Shown here: one piece after another, positions 9,464 to 19,330 of the stretch
Layout: each line of letters starts with the position of its first letter
Position numbering within the stretch: position 1 is the stretch's first letter
DNA from: a virus
Lineage: Duplodnaviria > Caudoviricetes
Virus record (IMG/VR): IMGVR_UViG_3300035338_000018
Location: 1 to 40,557 of that record
DNA: 40,557 nucleotides
Direction: 5' to 3' (one strand)
The notes under the pieces: generated by a model
Seen by the model: the letters and a program-made list of their open reading frames with translations, nothing else
What the model was told of the DNA's origin: nothing
Databases searched by the model: none
Program-made: the position numbers and the translations under genes

Positions 9464-11866
9464 TTATTCCGCGCTCGAAACAGATTTTGCAGCACGAAGT
9501 GCAATGCTATAAATCTCGCCATAGGTGGGTGCAAACATCCTATTTCTCCGATCGCCCTCACCATCAAAAGCATCCCATGTGGTCTTTGCCATCTTCACAC
9601 TATCAATGTAAAAGTCCAGGATTTTAGGAATGGCATCAAAGATACCATTTCCCACATAATTTAAACCTTCCAAGAGTGCCGTTGCGAAGGTTTCTGCAAT
9701 CAAGGTATGCAGCTTTTCATTATCCGTTTCCTGTTTTGATGAACCAGTATTGCTGTTTACCGCATAAGCTGCGTTCTCTGCCATTTCACTAACCACAGGT
9801 TTAACCGCTAACTGCAAACCACCCAATTCGGCAATGGCAGATTCCGTAGAAAGCTTAATCTTCTGGGCATAAAGTTCTCCGAAGGCGCCCAGTTCATCAT
9901 CTGACATTTGGGTTAATGCGTGGATTTCCGCCGCAGCCTTTGGCCCCTGCTCCCGTAACTCATCTAGCATTGCATTAGAAATACCCTTTGACATCAAATC
10001 CTGTAAGTCATTCTGCCACTGGCTTAGGAGTTCTACCTGACCAGAAAGATTATCAATTAATGATTGTGCGCTCACATCCGTGTTCTGTGTTACTGCATCG
10101 AACAATCCAGCAAAGCTAGAAATGGCACCTGCCCTGGATTCTACATTCTGCTGGAAGGCATCCAATACGTCATTGGTTTGAGACAGCACAGCAGTTCCCA
10201 TCTCATCCACAGCATAAAGGACCTCCGTTGTTCCATCTTCGATACCCTCCGCCACGCCAAGGGCCATATTTTTACCTACTTCGTCTCGGAATACGGTGGA
10301 TGGAGAATGGATCCCGAAGAAAGCCTTTATCCCATTCAAAACGCTGCCGCACCATTCCTTCACCTTGTTCAAAAGCCATGTTTTAGCATTGCTAATGCCT
10401 TGCCAAATACCCTCCACCATGTTTCTACCAATGGAGATAAATTCGCTAACCTTATTTTTGATGGCTCTTATAACATTAGTTACAGTATCTTTCACTGCTT
10501 CAAAAGCAGCATTCACCTTGTTTCTGAATTCCTCCGATGTCTGATAGGTATGAACAAATTTTGCAATCAATATGCCAATGAGTGCCATGATTATGGTTAT
10601 GGGGCCTCCTATGGCGGCAAGGGCAGTCCTAACCAATTGAAATCCCGTTACTAATTTCGGTGCAAGAGCTACAATGGCACCAAAACTGGTTATTAAATTT
10701 CCTACTATCAAGATAACAGGGCCGATGGCAGCAGCAATGCCTGCAATCACCAGAATGACTTTTTGCATTTCCGGGGAAATATCATTGAACTTTTCCAGCA
10801 GCATCGCCGCAAAACTTACAAACTGTGCTGCGATGGGATCAAGAAGCTTTCCTAGTTTGGCAAGCTCTGATTGCAGTTCATACTGGGCTTCGGCAGCATC
10901 AATCAAATCAGGGTTGCCCTCTCTGAACTGCTGATAGAAATTAGCAAGGCCTGTTTTAGATAGCGTATCAAGAATGAAATTCTCCTGTTCACCATTCGTG
11001 ATAGCTTCCTGTAATCCAATATTAAAATCATCAAGAACCATACCCGAGCGTTCCAGCAGTTCTGCAAATGGCCCTACTGCCGATCCGGTAGCAAGGGTTT
11101 CCTGCAAACCGTCTGAAATACCTTCAAACCTCAAAGTATCAGAGAACTTGATTGCCGCACCTGAAAGGGCATCCATCATCTCTTGAAACCCTTCATCGCT
11201 AATGCCTGCTGCCAGAAGGTTTGATAAACCCTCCACAGAACTATCTACTTCATCCGTAACCCCTACAATCTGTTTCATGTAGTCGTTCATTTTCTCCATG
11301 GACTGTCCAGCTTGTTCTGCGTTGGTTTCCAACCTTGCCAAATCAGAGCGGAATTCTCGCGTTCCTTCTGTTGCCAATGCAAGACCTGCCGTCAACGGAG
11401 CAGTTACCTTGGTAGATAAAGAGCCACCGATATTCCCTAGCTTATCTCCAAACTCCTGCATCTTACCGCCTGCCGCGGCGATCTGTTGTGTAGTTACACT
11501 ACCGAATTTCTTCATGGACTGTGTTAAATCATCCAGCTTATTTTCAGTACTAGCAACCTCACGCACCAGATTTCGATATTCCTTTTGGTTTACGTGTGTA
11601 CCGAAAGCCATATCTTTATCAGCCTGTTCCTTAGCTGCCTTTAATGCTTCCAGCTTGGTTTTGGTGTCGACAATACTTCGATTTAGCAGTTCTTCCTTTT
11701 GCCTCAACAAATCCACATTGGAAGGATCAAGTTTTAACAAGCTTTCTACGCCATTTAATTCTTTTTGCAGACCTCTAGCTTCGGAATTGACTGCTTTCAG
11801 TGCCTTAGATAGTGGGTTAACATCGCCGCCAATTTCCACGGTAATCCCTTTAATATCTCCTGCCAT
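9464..11866 (-). CDS. Tail tape measure protein
   Basis: 800 aa helical protein, N-terminal IKGITVEIGGD, hydrophobic middle, FFGIHSPS motif; GGAGGG RBS. Confidence 0.92.
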   Translation of the reverse strand: MAGDIKGITVEIGGDVNPLSKALKAVNSEARGLQKELNGVESLLKLDPSNVDLLRQKEELLNRSIVDTKTKLEALKAAKEQADKDMAFGTHVNQKEYRNLVREVASTENKLDDLTQSMKKFGSVTTQQIAAAGGKMQEFGDKLGNIGGSLSTKVTAPLTAGLALATEGTREFRSDLARLETNAEQAGQSMEKMNDYMKQIVGVTDEVDSSVEGLSNLLAAGISDEGFQEMMDALSGAAIKFSDTLRFEGISDGLQETLATGSAVGPFAELLERSGMVLDDFNIGLQEAITNGEQENFILDTLSKTGLANFYQQFREGNPDLIDAAEAQYELQSELAKLGKLLDPIAAQFVSFAAMLLEKFNDISPEMQKVILVIAGIAAAIGPVILIVGNLITSFGAIVALAPKLVTGFQLVRTALAAIGGPITIIMALIGILIAKFVHTYQTSEEFRNKVNAAFEAVKDTVTNVIRAIKNKVSEFISIGRNMVEGIWQGISNAKTWLLNKVKEWCGSVLNGIKAFFGIHSPSTVFRDEVGKNMALGVAEGIEDGTTEVLYAVDEMGTAVLSQTNDVLDAFQQNVESRAGAISSFAGLFDAVTQNTDVSAQSLIDNLSGQVELLSQWQNDLQDLMSKGISNAMLDELREQGPKAAAEIHALTQMSDDELGAFGELYAQKIKLSTESAIAELGGLQLAVKPVVSEMAENAAYAVNSNTGSSKQETDNEKLHTLIAETFATALLEGLNYVGNGIFDAIPKILDFYIDSVKMAKTTWDAFDGEGDRRNRMFAPTYGEIYSIALRAAKSVSSAE

Positions 11867-11892
11867 TTCATCCCTCCTCTCTATTTTTTTGC

Positions 11893-11922
11893 AAAAAGAA
11901 AACACATCTTATCCGATGTGTC
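11893..11922 (-). terminator. Terminator-like hairpin between tail chaperone and TMP
   Basis: GACACATC-GGATAA-GATGTGTT followed by TTCTTTTT. Confidence 0.6.
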
Positions 11923-11955
11923 AATCCGTGAATTGATGTGCCGTTGTGTGAATTT

Positions 11956-12162
11956 TTAAAAGCCATCAATATCTGCCTGCGTTGCTGTTCGTGTTGGATG
12001 CCTTGCTTCATACTCTGCGTTCTGGCAAGTTGTTAGAAAGTCAATAATCATGCCCAACTCCATTGTTTCAAAATCTGCCGTTGTCAATCCTCTGGCAATG
12101 GCCATACGCAAAATATCCTCTGTAGTCACTTCCCCTACTTGGGAGTGCGTGGCTTTTTTTTT
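11956..12162 (-). CDS. Tail assembly chaperone -1 frame extension (gpGT-like; not in ORF track)
   Basis: -1 frame after A9G reads KATHSQVGEVTTEDILRMAIARGLTTADFETMELGMIIDFLTTCQNAEYEARHPTRTATQADIDGF*. Confidence 0.8.
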   Translation of the reverse strand, partial: KKKATHSQVGEVTTEDILRMAIARGLTTADFETMELGMIIDFLTTCQNAEYEARHPTRTATQADIDGF

Positions 12163-12524
12163 GACTTCACCGTAGTTTTTGCCATAGAAAACAGCAGCTC
12201 TGTTACTTGGGGGAACACATCAGATACGAAGTCCATGGGTGTTACGTCAAAACCATCCAACCATTCCTCCATAGGCGGAATACTGGGATCACCTGCTTTG
12301 GCAAACACCCAAATAAAACGATACAACGTATCAATCTCAAAATCTCCATCTAAAAAAGCACTGACGGCCACATCCTTCGGATGATCCTTAAGGTTCATGC
12401 CTCCCACCAGTGCCAACAAATCTCTCATACCATCTCTACCGAAATTTCTCCTGTAAGAAAACAGGCTCGCCGCTGTGCTTTTTACAGGGAATTCATACTC
12501 CCCAACTCTTACGATTTTTTCCAT
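12135..12524 (-). CDS. Tail assembly chaperone (gpG-like)
   Basis: Between major tail protein and TMP; WVFAK...IPPMEEWLD; slippery run near end. Confidence 0.85.
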   Translation of the reverse strand: MEKIVRVGEYEFPVKSTAASLFSYRRNFGRDGMRDLLALVGGMNLKDHPKDVAVSAFLDGDFEIDTLYRFIWVFAKAGDPSIPPMEEWLDGFDVTPMDFVSDVFPQVTELLFSMAKTTVKSKKKPRTPK

Positions 12525-12527
12525 AAA

Positions 12528-13091
12528 TTATCCCTCCGCACTCAGATAAACAGCATTATACCAACCGTCAAAGGCTGTGTTTGCTGTGATGCCGCCTACA
12601 ACCGTTGCTTTTACAGCACCTGTATCAACAGCAGGGCTACAAGTAATGGGGAGCGTAAACTCTGCTGCCTCTGTACTTTCTTCTTTTGTTTTACCCGCAA
12701 AGTCTGGTCTACCTGCGACGCAGTTATAAAGTACAAAACGCTTCTTCTCTGCTGTTTCAGAGGAAAACTCTCCCAACAGGGCAAAGCTCTCTTTTGCATC
12801 CTCTGCATTTTCTACAACCACACCATTTGTATCCTTTGTCATCCCCATAATCTCCGTCATAAAAGTTTCCGGGACATTCAGTAATGTTAAGTCACCCTCA
12901 TAGCCCTGATTTGATGTAATAGTTACATAGGCAATATCATCTGCGTATACAGCCACGTCTTCGCCCACAGGACTTAGGGACATTTCCCTTGCACCTGGCA
13001 GCATCACAGGTGCGTCATATGTAACGACATCTTCAGCGCTGATTGTAATTTTGGCATATGCTAATTTCTTCAAACCATATGTTACTTTCAT
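12528..13091 (-). CDS. Major tail protein (phi13 family-like)
   Basis: VTYGLK, YADD, NQGYEGDL, FALLGE, VLYNC..RP motifs. Confidence 0.88.
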   Translation of the reverse strand: MKVTYGLKKLAYAKITISAEDVVTYDAPVMLPGAREMSLSPVGEDVAVYADDIAYVTITSNQGYEGDLTLLNVPETFMTEIMGMTKDTNGVVVENAEDAKESFALLGEFSSETAEKKRFVLYNCVAGRPDFAGKTKEESTEAAEFTLPITCSPAVDTGAVKATVVGGITANTAFDGWYNAVYLSAEG

Positions 13092-13402
13092 TCAGCCATC
13101 ATCTCCATTTCATAAATGATTTCGTACATCTTCTCACTTTCAATATAAGTTTCACTTCTCGTGTAATAAAAGCCGGATAGCACCAACTCAACCAATGCCT
13201 CCGTGAAAACATCTTTCTTTTCCGTGTATAGCTCCACCCTTAGCACCGATACTTTTTGGTAGACTCCATCATCGGCAGCAATGTTATTACTGTCCGGAAT
13301 ATAATAAACCAAAAAAGGGAGGTCTTTTTCCTCCCCAAAATGATGGTATGCCACAGGAAGCCCCGTAGCTTCCAGCAGCTTTTTCACTTCTTCAACTTTC
13401 AT
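13088..13402 (-). CDS. Tail completion/terminator protein
   Basis: GLPVAYHHF, VELYTEKKD, ETYIESEKMYEIIYE; start moved to 13402. Confidence 0.75.
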   Translation of the reverse strand: MKVEEVKKLLEATGLPVAYHHFGEEKDLPFLVYYIPDSNNIAADDGVYQKVSVLRVELYTEKKDVFTEALVELVLSGFYYTRSETYIESEKMYEIIYEMEMMAE

Positions 13403-13796
13403 TCTCAACCTTCTCCTTGATTCGTTTTGGCAGCTGCTCCTTGGCATATTTTTCTCCATATTTAATATGAGGAAACTCCTGCACACGGCCACCGCCACGT
13501 TTCGCATGGCCATATTCCAAAAGATGTGTCAGGCGATAATGAGGTGCTTTTACATACCAGACCTTGACTTTACTTTTCTTTGTTTCTCTCACCGTTTTTA
13601 GGGCCATGGCCTTTTTATATTTTCCCGTCCTGTTTTGGAATGAAATATGACTATCAATCTCCCTTTTCACACCATTGGCTACCTCATCAACAGTCTCTTT
13701 TGTCTTTTGTGTTACTGCTTGGTTGTATTCCTCCAGTTCCCCTGCGATGGCTTTTGCCAGAGCATTTACATGAATTGATCTGCTTATAGGAATCAC
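13392..13796 (-). CDS. HK97 gp10-family neck protein
   Basis: RTGKY, YRLTHLLEYGHAKRGGGRV..PHI. Confidence 0.85.
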   Translation of the reverse strand: MIPISRSIHVNALAKAIAGELEEYNQAVTQKTKETVDEVANGVKREIDSHISFQNRTGKYKKAMALKTVRETKKSKVKVWYVKAPHYRLTHLLEYGHAKRGGGRVQEFPHIKYGEKYAKEQLPKRIKEKVENES

Positions 13797-14122
13797 TCCC
13801 TTTCCCGTTCTCCTCGAAACTTTAGGGATTTCTTCTTGAAACCCATGTTATCAATGGATTTGATGTTGTAAGCCTTATCGTTGAAGAAAATGCGATATTG
13901 GGTTGCATTAATATCAGCCGCCTTTTTGCAGTATTGCACTGTAAAGGAAAGGTTCTCGTTTTCAGTAACTACGGCTTTTTCCGTTTCACCACTAGTTCCG
14001 TTACTTATGGTTGCATAACAGGAAAAATAATCACTCCATTCAAGGGTGTAATTTCCAACCTCATCACAAACGCTAGCGCTTTTCTGTATGATAATACGGC
14101 AATTCAAAGCAGCGATATCCAT
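13793..14122 (-). CDS. Head closure protein (SPP1 gp16-like)
   Basis: LN.RI.IQ, YRIFFNDKAYNIKSID; synteny. Confidence 0.85.
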   Translation of the reverse strand: MDIAALNCRIIIQKSASVCDEVGNYTLEWSDYFSCYATISNGTSGETEKAVVTENENLSFTVQYCKKAADINATQYRIFFNDKAYNIKSIDNMGFKKKSLKFRGERERE

Positions 14123-14430
14123 CAGAACACCGCCTTTCTGGAACCAAAGAGCAGAGAACGGAGGGTGAGCATTAATTCGTGGTGGTCAGCTTCTTCACGG
14201 TGTTCATAGAGATATGCCACGGTGTACATGGTTGCGGCTTTTGCATTTTCGTTACTTGCAAAAAATTCTAAATCTTCAGTTCTTACAATATCCATACAAA
14301 TCTGCTCAGCTACCGAAAGCAATTGCGTGATAAGCCTATCTTCCTCTAAAAAATCCACACGGAGATATTCCTTCATTTCATCCAATGATACGATTGTTCC
14401 TTCATCATTTAGCATACCCACCACCACCAA
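14122..14430 (-). CDS. Head-tail connector (HK97 gp6-like)
   Basis: VSLDEMKEYLRVD..ED.LI, AYLYEHRE. Confidence 0.88.
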   Translation of the reverse strand: MVVVGMLNDEGTIVSLDEMKEYLRVDFLEEDRLITQLLSVAEQICMDIVRTEDLEFFASNENAKAATMYTVAYLYEHREEADHHELMLTLRSLLFGSRKAVF

Positions 14431-14435
14431 TCTTC

Positions 14436-14475
14436 AAAAAACAGAGCGATGCAGTCATGAAAACTACACCGCCCT
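14436..14475 (-). terminator. Intrinsic terminator after capsid gene
   Basis: AGGGCGGTGTAGT...GACTGCATCGCTCT stem (several G-U pairs) then GTTTTTT. Confidence 0.65.
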
Positions 14476-14480
14476 TATCC

Positions 14481-15650
14481 TTACGCACCCAGTTTCAAAA
14501 TCTGCACGGCTTCCGGCAAAATCAGCTTGCCATCCACACGTTCCTTGGCTACATAACCAATCATGCCATTCCCTGCAAACAGCTCTCGCAGTTCAGAGAA
14601 AGAACGGCTACCACGGTCACCGATGTTGTAGTAGCTATAATCACCAAAAGCAATGGCATCCAGGGGTGCATAGGCTGAGGTATGTACCGCATAGCCTAAC
14701 AGTCTATCTGGTTCCCCCACTTGATAGGATGGCTGCCAGATATAAGCGCCATTGTTGTCCTTGAGCTTACGAAGAATGGCAAGGTTCTGGTCATTGATGA
14801 TAAACGCTGCATTTTTACGGTAAGGACGTTTCAAAGCATAAACAAGACTAATTACATCATCTGACTTGATTGCCGCAGTCAGGGTATTGGCTACGGTACC
14901 GCCACCGGCAGCTGCAAACAGACCCAGTGGCTTGCCTACACCATCACCATTCAAGAAAGAATCCTCCTCAGCATTTGCCAGGGCCTTGCCAAACTGCTCC
15001 AAGATATAGCCCTCCAGATTGAATACATTATCGTATAAAAGTTCCTCCGTCACTTTGATTGCAACATGAAGCTTATGGGCATCCAATAAAATCTGGCTAA
15101 AGGTTGCATCTCCAAAGGATAACGCACCACCTTCTTCAATCCATGCTGCCGCAGGCTTTGTAGCCGCGATATTAATTTTATGCTCGCCCCTTGTGGTGAT
15201 GGTGGTTGCCAAACGGCGCATGATATTTTCTTCGGAAAGGGTGTCAATCAGCCTGCGGTCATATTCCTCAGGAACAAGATAACCGCCGTCAGCGTCTACC
15301 CCCTCCTGTAGGACGTTATTTACACGCTTAAAGTTGGAACGAAAAGCATCCAACATGGCGTTTCTATATTCGTCAGATGCACGGCCAGTCTTTTTTTCAG
15401 GTTCTTTTCCGATGTAAGGTTTTGAAGTGAGTGGCGTATTCACAGGCTTAGAGAGCTCTGCCTCTAACTGTTCCTGCCGTTCCAAACGGCTGATTTCTTT
15501 TCCTAAATCAGTGATTTCCTGCTCCATCTTGGAATAGGTGGCATCATCCTCAGCACTTAAAATGCCTTTCTCAGTACGACGGGAGTCTAAGAATGCCTTA
15601 GCAGCATTCCAAGCTGTATTTCTTTTTTGTCTTAATTCTAAAATCGTCAT
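14481..15650 (-). CDS. Major capsid protein, HK97 family
   Basis: N-terminal coiled-coil delta domain, DGGYLVPEE, FLNGDG.GKP.G, LKD.NG.Y.WQ. Confidence 0.95.
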   Translation of the reverse strand: MTILELRQKRNTAWNAAKAFLDSRRTEKGILSAEDDATYSKMEQEITDLGKEISRLERQEQLEAELSKPVNTPLTSKPYIGKEPEKKTGRASDEYRNAMLDAFRSNFKRVNNVLQEGVDADGGYLVPEEYDRRLIDTLSEENIMRRLATTITTRGEHKINIAATKPAAAWIEEGGALSFGDATFSQILLDAHKLHVAIKVTEELLYDNVFNLEGYILEQFGKALANAEEDSFLNGDGVGKPLGLFAAAGGGTVANTLTAAIKSDDVISLVYALKRPYRKNAAFIINDQNLAILRKLKDNNGAYIWQPSYQVGEPDRLLGYAVHTSAYAPLDAIAFGDYSYYNIGDRGSRSFSELRELFAGNGMIGYVAKERVDGKLILPEAVQILKLGA

Positions 15651-15665
15651 AGTATTTTACCTCCA

Positions 15666-16439
15666 TTAAATATGTTGTTTGATTAAGTCTAGACGTTCCA
15701 TCAAAGAATCTACCGCCCGGCCTTTGGTTTCAGGAATAAGCGTTTCGTCCGTTTCTTTCTGAATCTTACACTTGGCAGCAATTTTATCCATGAGGGAGTT
15801 GGTAACTGACACCTTGGAATACATCATAGAAACCTGTGGCTGTTCCATATTTTCCGTTTCAGACGGCCTGGTCAAGATCCCATCAGCAAAGCCTAATTCC
15901 ACAGCTTTATTGGCGTTCATCCAACTCTCTGCATCCATGAGGTGGGACAGCTTTGCACGGCTCATACCTGTTTTAATTTCATAAGCGTTGATAATACTTT
16001 CCTTTACTTCATCTAACATTGAGATTGCCTTTTGCATTTCAGCACTATCACCCCATGCAATGGTGGCCGGATTGTGGATCATTAGCATTGAGACGGGTGA
16101 CATCAAAACCTTTGTACCGGCCATAGCAATGACACTGGCCGCTGATGCTGCAATGCCATCAATTTTCACTGTGACATTACCTTTGTAGTTGATAAGCATG
16201 TTGTAAATCTGTGCTGCGGCCACGCAATCGCCCCCCGGCGAGTTGACCCAAACAGTAATGTCACCACTGCCTGAAAGCAGCTCATTCTTAAATATCTGTG
16301 GAGTAACATCATCGTCAAACCAACTATCTTCTGCGATGGTGCCGTTGAGAAACAGCGTCCTCTCCTGTGTCTGCTCCTGCGTCTCCTGATTCAGAACCGT
16401 CTGGTTCGTCCACTTCCAAAACTTCTTCATTTTCTTCAT
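15666..16439 (-). CDS. ClpP-like head maturation protease
   Basis: VNSPGGD, DGIAASAASVIAMAG, MIHNP; start 16439 or 16430. Confidence 0.92.
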   Translation of the reverse strand: MKKMKKFWKWTNQTVLNQETQEQTQERTLFLNGTIAEDSWFDDDVTPQIFKNELLSGSGDITVWVNSPGGDCVAAAQIYNMLINYKGNVTVKIDGIAASAASVIAMAGTKVLMSPVSMLMIHNPATIAWGDSAEMQKAISMLDEVKESIINAYEIKTGMSRAKLSHLMDAESWMNANKAVELGFADGILTRPSETENMEQPQVSMMYSKVSVTNSLMDKIAAKCKIQKETDETLIPETKGRAVDSLMERLDLIKQHI

Positions 16440-17685
16440 CATCTCCTTTAACAGCTGTAGCTGCAAAAATACCTGCGTCCTCCAATTTTGTTTGGTTCCC
16501 GTTTATTAAGAAAAAATTTCCTCCTTTTTCCTCCGGGATAAGGTCCAAATTTTCAAGAGACCGTATATCATTGGCTGACATCCAGCCATTCTGTCTGCCT
16601 ATGGCATAACCGTTCATACGGCTTTGGTAATCGCCCCGCAAAAGCCCGTCAACATTATATTTAATAAAATACTTCTGTTTTTCCTTGGGCGAAAGTAAAG
16701 AGCGTACCATGGACTGCTCCCACCGTACAAGCCAAGGCTCTAGGGTGTATTTCACAAACTCCAGGGACTGCTCCTCAATATTAGAAAAGCTCGCCTTCTC
16801 CAAATCACCAACCATGTGGGGCGGGATACGGAAAATTCGAGCTATCTCGTTAATCTGAAATTTTCTTGTTTCTAAAAACTGTGCCTGTTCCGGGGAAATG
16901 GCAATGGGAGTATATTTCATCCCCTCCTCCAAGACGGCAACCTTGCTAGAATTACTGCTGCCACCAAAGGTAGCATTCCAACTCTCACGAATACGAGCGG
17001 GGTCTTTCAATGTTCCAGGATGCTCCAGAACACCACCGGGCGCTGCACCGTTGGCAAAGAACTTTGCTCCGTACTCCTCACAGGCGATTGCCATGCCGAT
17101 AGCATTCTTGGCCATAGCGATTGGAGAATACCCAACCAAGCCATCAAAACCAAGCCCGGGAATATGCAGCACCTCCGATGATTTCAGGATAGCAGTGGAC
17201 CCTTTCATAGTTGGTGCTTCATCTTTGCTAGATTGATATTGATAATAAAGCTGTCCATTGGCATCTCTATCCACCGTCATTCGGTTTGGCATCAGAGGAT
17301 AAAGGGCTATAACCTCACCTTTGCCATTTCGGATAATTTGCGCATAGGCGTTCCCCCACAAAAGAAGATGTGTCATTAAGGTTTCTCTGAAAACAAAGGA
17401 AGTCATCTCCGGGTTCGGTTCATCGTGTAGGAGAAAATACAATGGATGGCTGATCGCTTTTTCTTTGCCGCCTGTATCTGTGTATTGATAAAGATGGATT
17501 GGCAATCCGGCAACCGCCTCAGCTAATATTCGCACACAAGAATACACAGCCGTCATCTGCATTGAGGAACGCTCATTCACAGGCTTTCCTGCTGTTGTTC
17601 CACCAAAGAAAAAGCGGTAGGAACTGCCAGTGGTGCTGTTTGTGGGTTTGTCTCTTGACTTGAAAAGTCCGCTTAAAATACTCAT
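16324..17685 (-). CDS. Portal protein, HK97 family
   Basis: AVYSCVRILAE, LLLWGNAY, GYSPI, IARIFRIPPH; start moved to 17685. Confidence 0.95.
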   Translation of the reverse strand: MSILSGLFKSRDKPTNSTTGSSYRFFFGGTTAGKPVNERSSMQMTAVYSCVRILAEAVAGLPIHLYQYTDTGGKEKAISHPLYFLLHDEPNPEMTSFVFRETLMTHLLLWGNAYAQIIRNGKGEVIALYPLMPNRMTVDRDANGQLYYQYQSSKDEAPTMKGSTAILKSSEVLHIPGLGFDGLVGYSPIAMAKNAIGMAIACEEYGAKFFANGAAPGGVLEHPGTLKDPARIRESWNATFGGSSNSSKVAVLEEGMKYTPIAISPEQAQFLETRKFQINEIARIFRIPPHMVGDLEKASFSNIEEQSLEFVKYTLEPWLVRWEQSMVRSLLSPKEKQKYFIKYNVDGLLRGDYQSRMNGYAIGRQNGWMSANDIRSLENLDLIPEEKGGNFFLINGNQTKLEDAGIFAATAVKGDDEENEEVLEVDEPDGSESGDAGADTGEDAVSQRHHRRR

Positions 17686-17717
17686 AAAAATCAATCTTCC
17701 TTCCTGAAAACGAGCAT

Positions 17718-17744
17718 AAAAAAACACTCCCGAAGAAGTGCTTT
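17718..17744 (-). terminator. Terminator of Fic moron
   Basis: AAAGCACTTC-TTCG-GGAGTG then T7 (C-UUCG-G tetraloop). Confidence 0.85.
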
Positions 17745-17761
17745 AAATTTTAGGATTTCTT

Positions 17762-18658
17762 TTATTCTTCTTGTAACATCGATAAATACATATCAAGCCG
17801 TTCGTTGACATAACCTGCAAACAACTTTTCCATTGCCGATAAATCATGTTTCACATGGTATGCATCAAAGGCTCCATAATACGCAATTCGATCGGCAAAC
17901 TTAATGTCAATGGGAGGATATCCTGCTTTCATCAATTCAAGATTAACAAGAAGCCGCCCTGTTCTGCCGTTCCCATCAATGAATGGATGTATACTTTCAA
18001 ATTCAATGTGAAATCTAGCCAAACGAGGAATGATGTGCTCTGTACTTTTGCTATATCCTTGTAAGAGCTGCTCCATGCGAGGTTCTATCAAATACGGCTG
18101 CACCGGCTCATGTTTCGCCCCCATAATACGCACTGGGACTCGACGATAAACCCCACGGTCATCTTTTTTATCAGCCAAAATCAAATAGTGAATCTGCTTT
18201 ATGATGTTTTCAGTCATAGGTGCATTTTCTTTTACTAGCTCTCTAACAAAACTGAATGCCTCTTTGTGTCCAACGGCCTCCAAATGATCTTTTAAAGGTT
18301 TTTTATCAATGGTCAGACCTCGTAAAACCATATCTGTTTCGCGTAAAGTAAGGGTGTTTCCCTCAATTGCATTTGAATTGTAGGTGTATTCAATGATAAA
18401 TTCTTCTGTTAGCCGTTCAACCTCTCCTTCTGTTAGGGGGCGTCGAAAATCCAGTTCGTGCTTTTTCTTGTCAATCAACTCAAGGAGATTTGCGGCCGTT
18501 TTATATCTTCCATCCACAGGCTTTACAGCGTTTTCTGGAATATTCCACCCGCGTCCGACCTGAAATGCACCAGGAATTTTTCCTTCGGCACAAAGAATTC
18601 TAACTCGTCTATCAGAAATGCCCCATTTTTCAGCAGCTTGCTTTACCGTTATATACAT
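17762..18658 (-). CDS. Fic-domain protein with N-terminal excisionase/MerR-like HTH
   Basis: Canonical HPFIDGNGRTGR; SNAIEGN inhibitory motif; N-terminal TVKQAAEKWGISDRRV HTH. Confidence 0.92.
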   Translation of the reverse strand: MYITVKQAAEKWGISDRRVRILCAEGKIPGAFQVGRGWNIPENAVKPVDGRYKTAANLLELIDKKKHELDFRRPLTEGEVERLTEEFIIEYTYNSNAIEGNTLTLRETDMVLRGLTIDKKPLKDHLEAVGHKEAFSFVRELVKENAPMTENIIKQIHYLILADKKDDRGVYRRVPVRIMGAKHEPVQPYLIEPRMEQLLQGYSKSTEHIIPRLARFHIEFESIHPFIDGNGRTGRLLVNLELMKAGYPPIDIKFADRIAYYGAFDAYHVKHDLSAMEKLFAGYVNERLDMYLSMLQEE

Positions 18659-18681
18659 AATCTCACTCCAATCTTCTTAAT

Positions 18682-18751
18682 ATTATGCTCCGGTATCGGA
18701 ATAATATCAAGACTTATCGGAATAATATTTGTTGAAATAACGGAATAATAG
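18682..18751 (-). promoter_or_regulatory. Fic promoter with three direct-repeat operators
   Basis: TTGATA-17-CATAAT; TATCGGAATAATAT at 18694 and 18715, TAACGGAATAATAG at 18738. Confidence 0.7.
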
Positions 18752-19300
18752 TTAAAATTCGTAATATCGTTTATTTTCCAGAGTAGTATCTAATTGCTTT
18801 CCTCTAGGAGTTGGATGTCTGGGTTCTCCTCTTTTTGTTGGTTCATCAAAATGAAAAATTTTTACATCAAGTTCTTTGAACAAAGCTAAAATATCATTTT
18901 TCCCTTCTTTCAAAGCTTTTTGGTTTAAATTTCCCCAAGCACCCCAGACCTCTTTAATCTTATTCTCAATTATATTTTCTCTAATAACTGCAAGATTCTT
19001 TTCAGATAATTCTTTGTTATATTCATCCAGATTCGCTGAATCAGTTGCACGTTCTGGATAAGTATTAAAAACCATCCAACCATCATAACCAAGTTCTATA
19101 CTTGCGTTAATAATTCTATTTACAGTTTTATCGCTCATTTCATCATTTGCAGCGGATGGATTCATGCAGATAGTAACAAGCATATTCCCCGTTTTTTTAC
19201 CAATTGCATAACGATAATATTCATAACTTTGTGGGCTGCAAAAATTCGGCTCTTGCCCTTTTGGATACGGCGGTCTATGGTTTGTTACTTTATCGGACAT
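18752..19300 (-). CDS. DUF1643-like protein (moron)
   Basis: YRY, MNPSAA....DKT, GY.G..VFN.YP.RAT, WGAWG, G.PRHP; AT-rich. Confidence 0.75.
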   Translation of the reverse strand: MSDKVTNHRPPYPKGQEPNFCSPQSYEYYRYAIGKKTGNMLVTICMNPSAANDEMSDKTVNRIINASIELGYDGWMVFNTYPERATDSANLDEYNKELSEKNLAVIRENIIENKIKEVWGAWGNLNQKALKEGKNDILALFKELDVKIFHFDEPTKRGEPRHPTPRGKQLDTTLENKRYYEF

Positions 19301-19330
19301 ACAATCTCACCTCTAATATATTTTTGTTAA

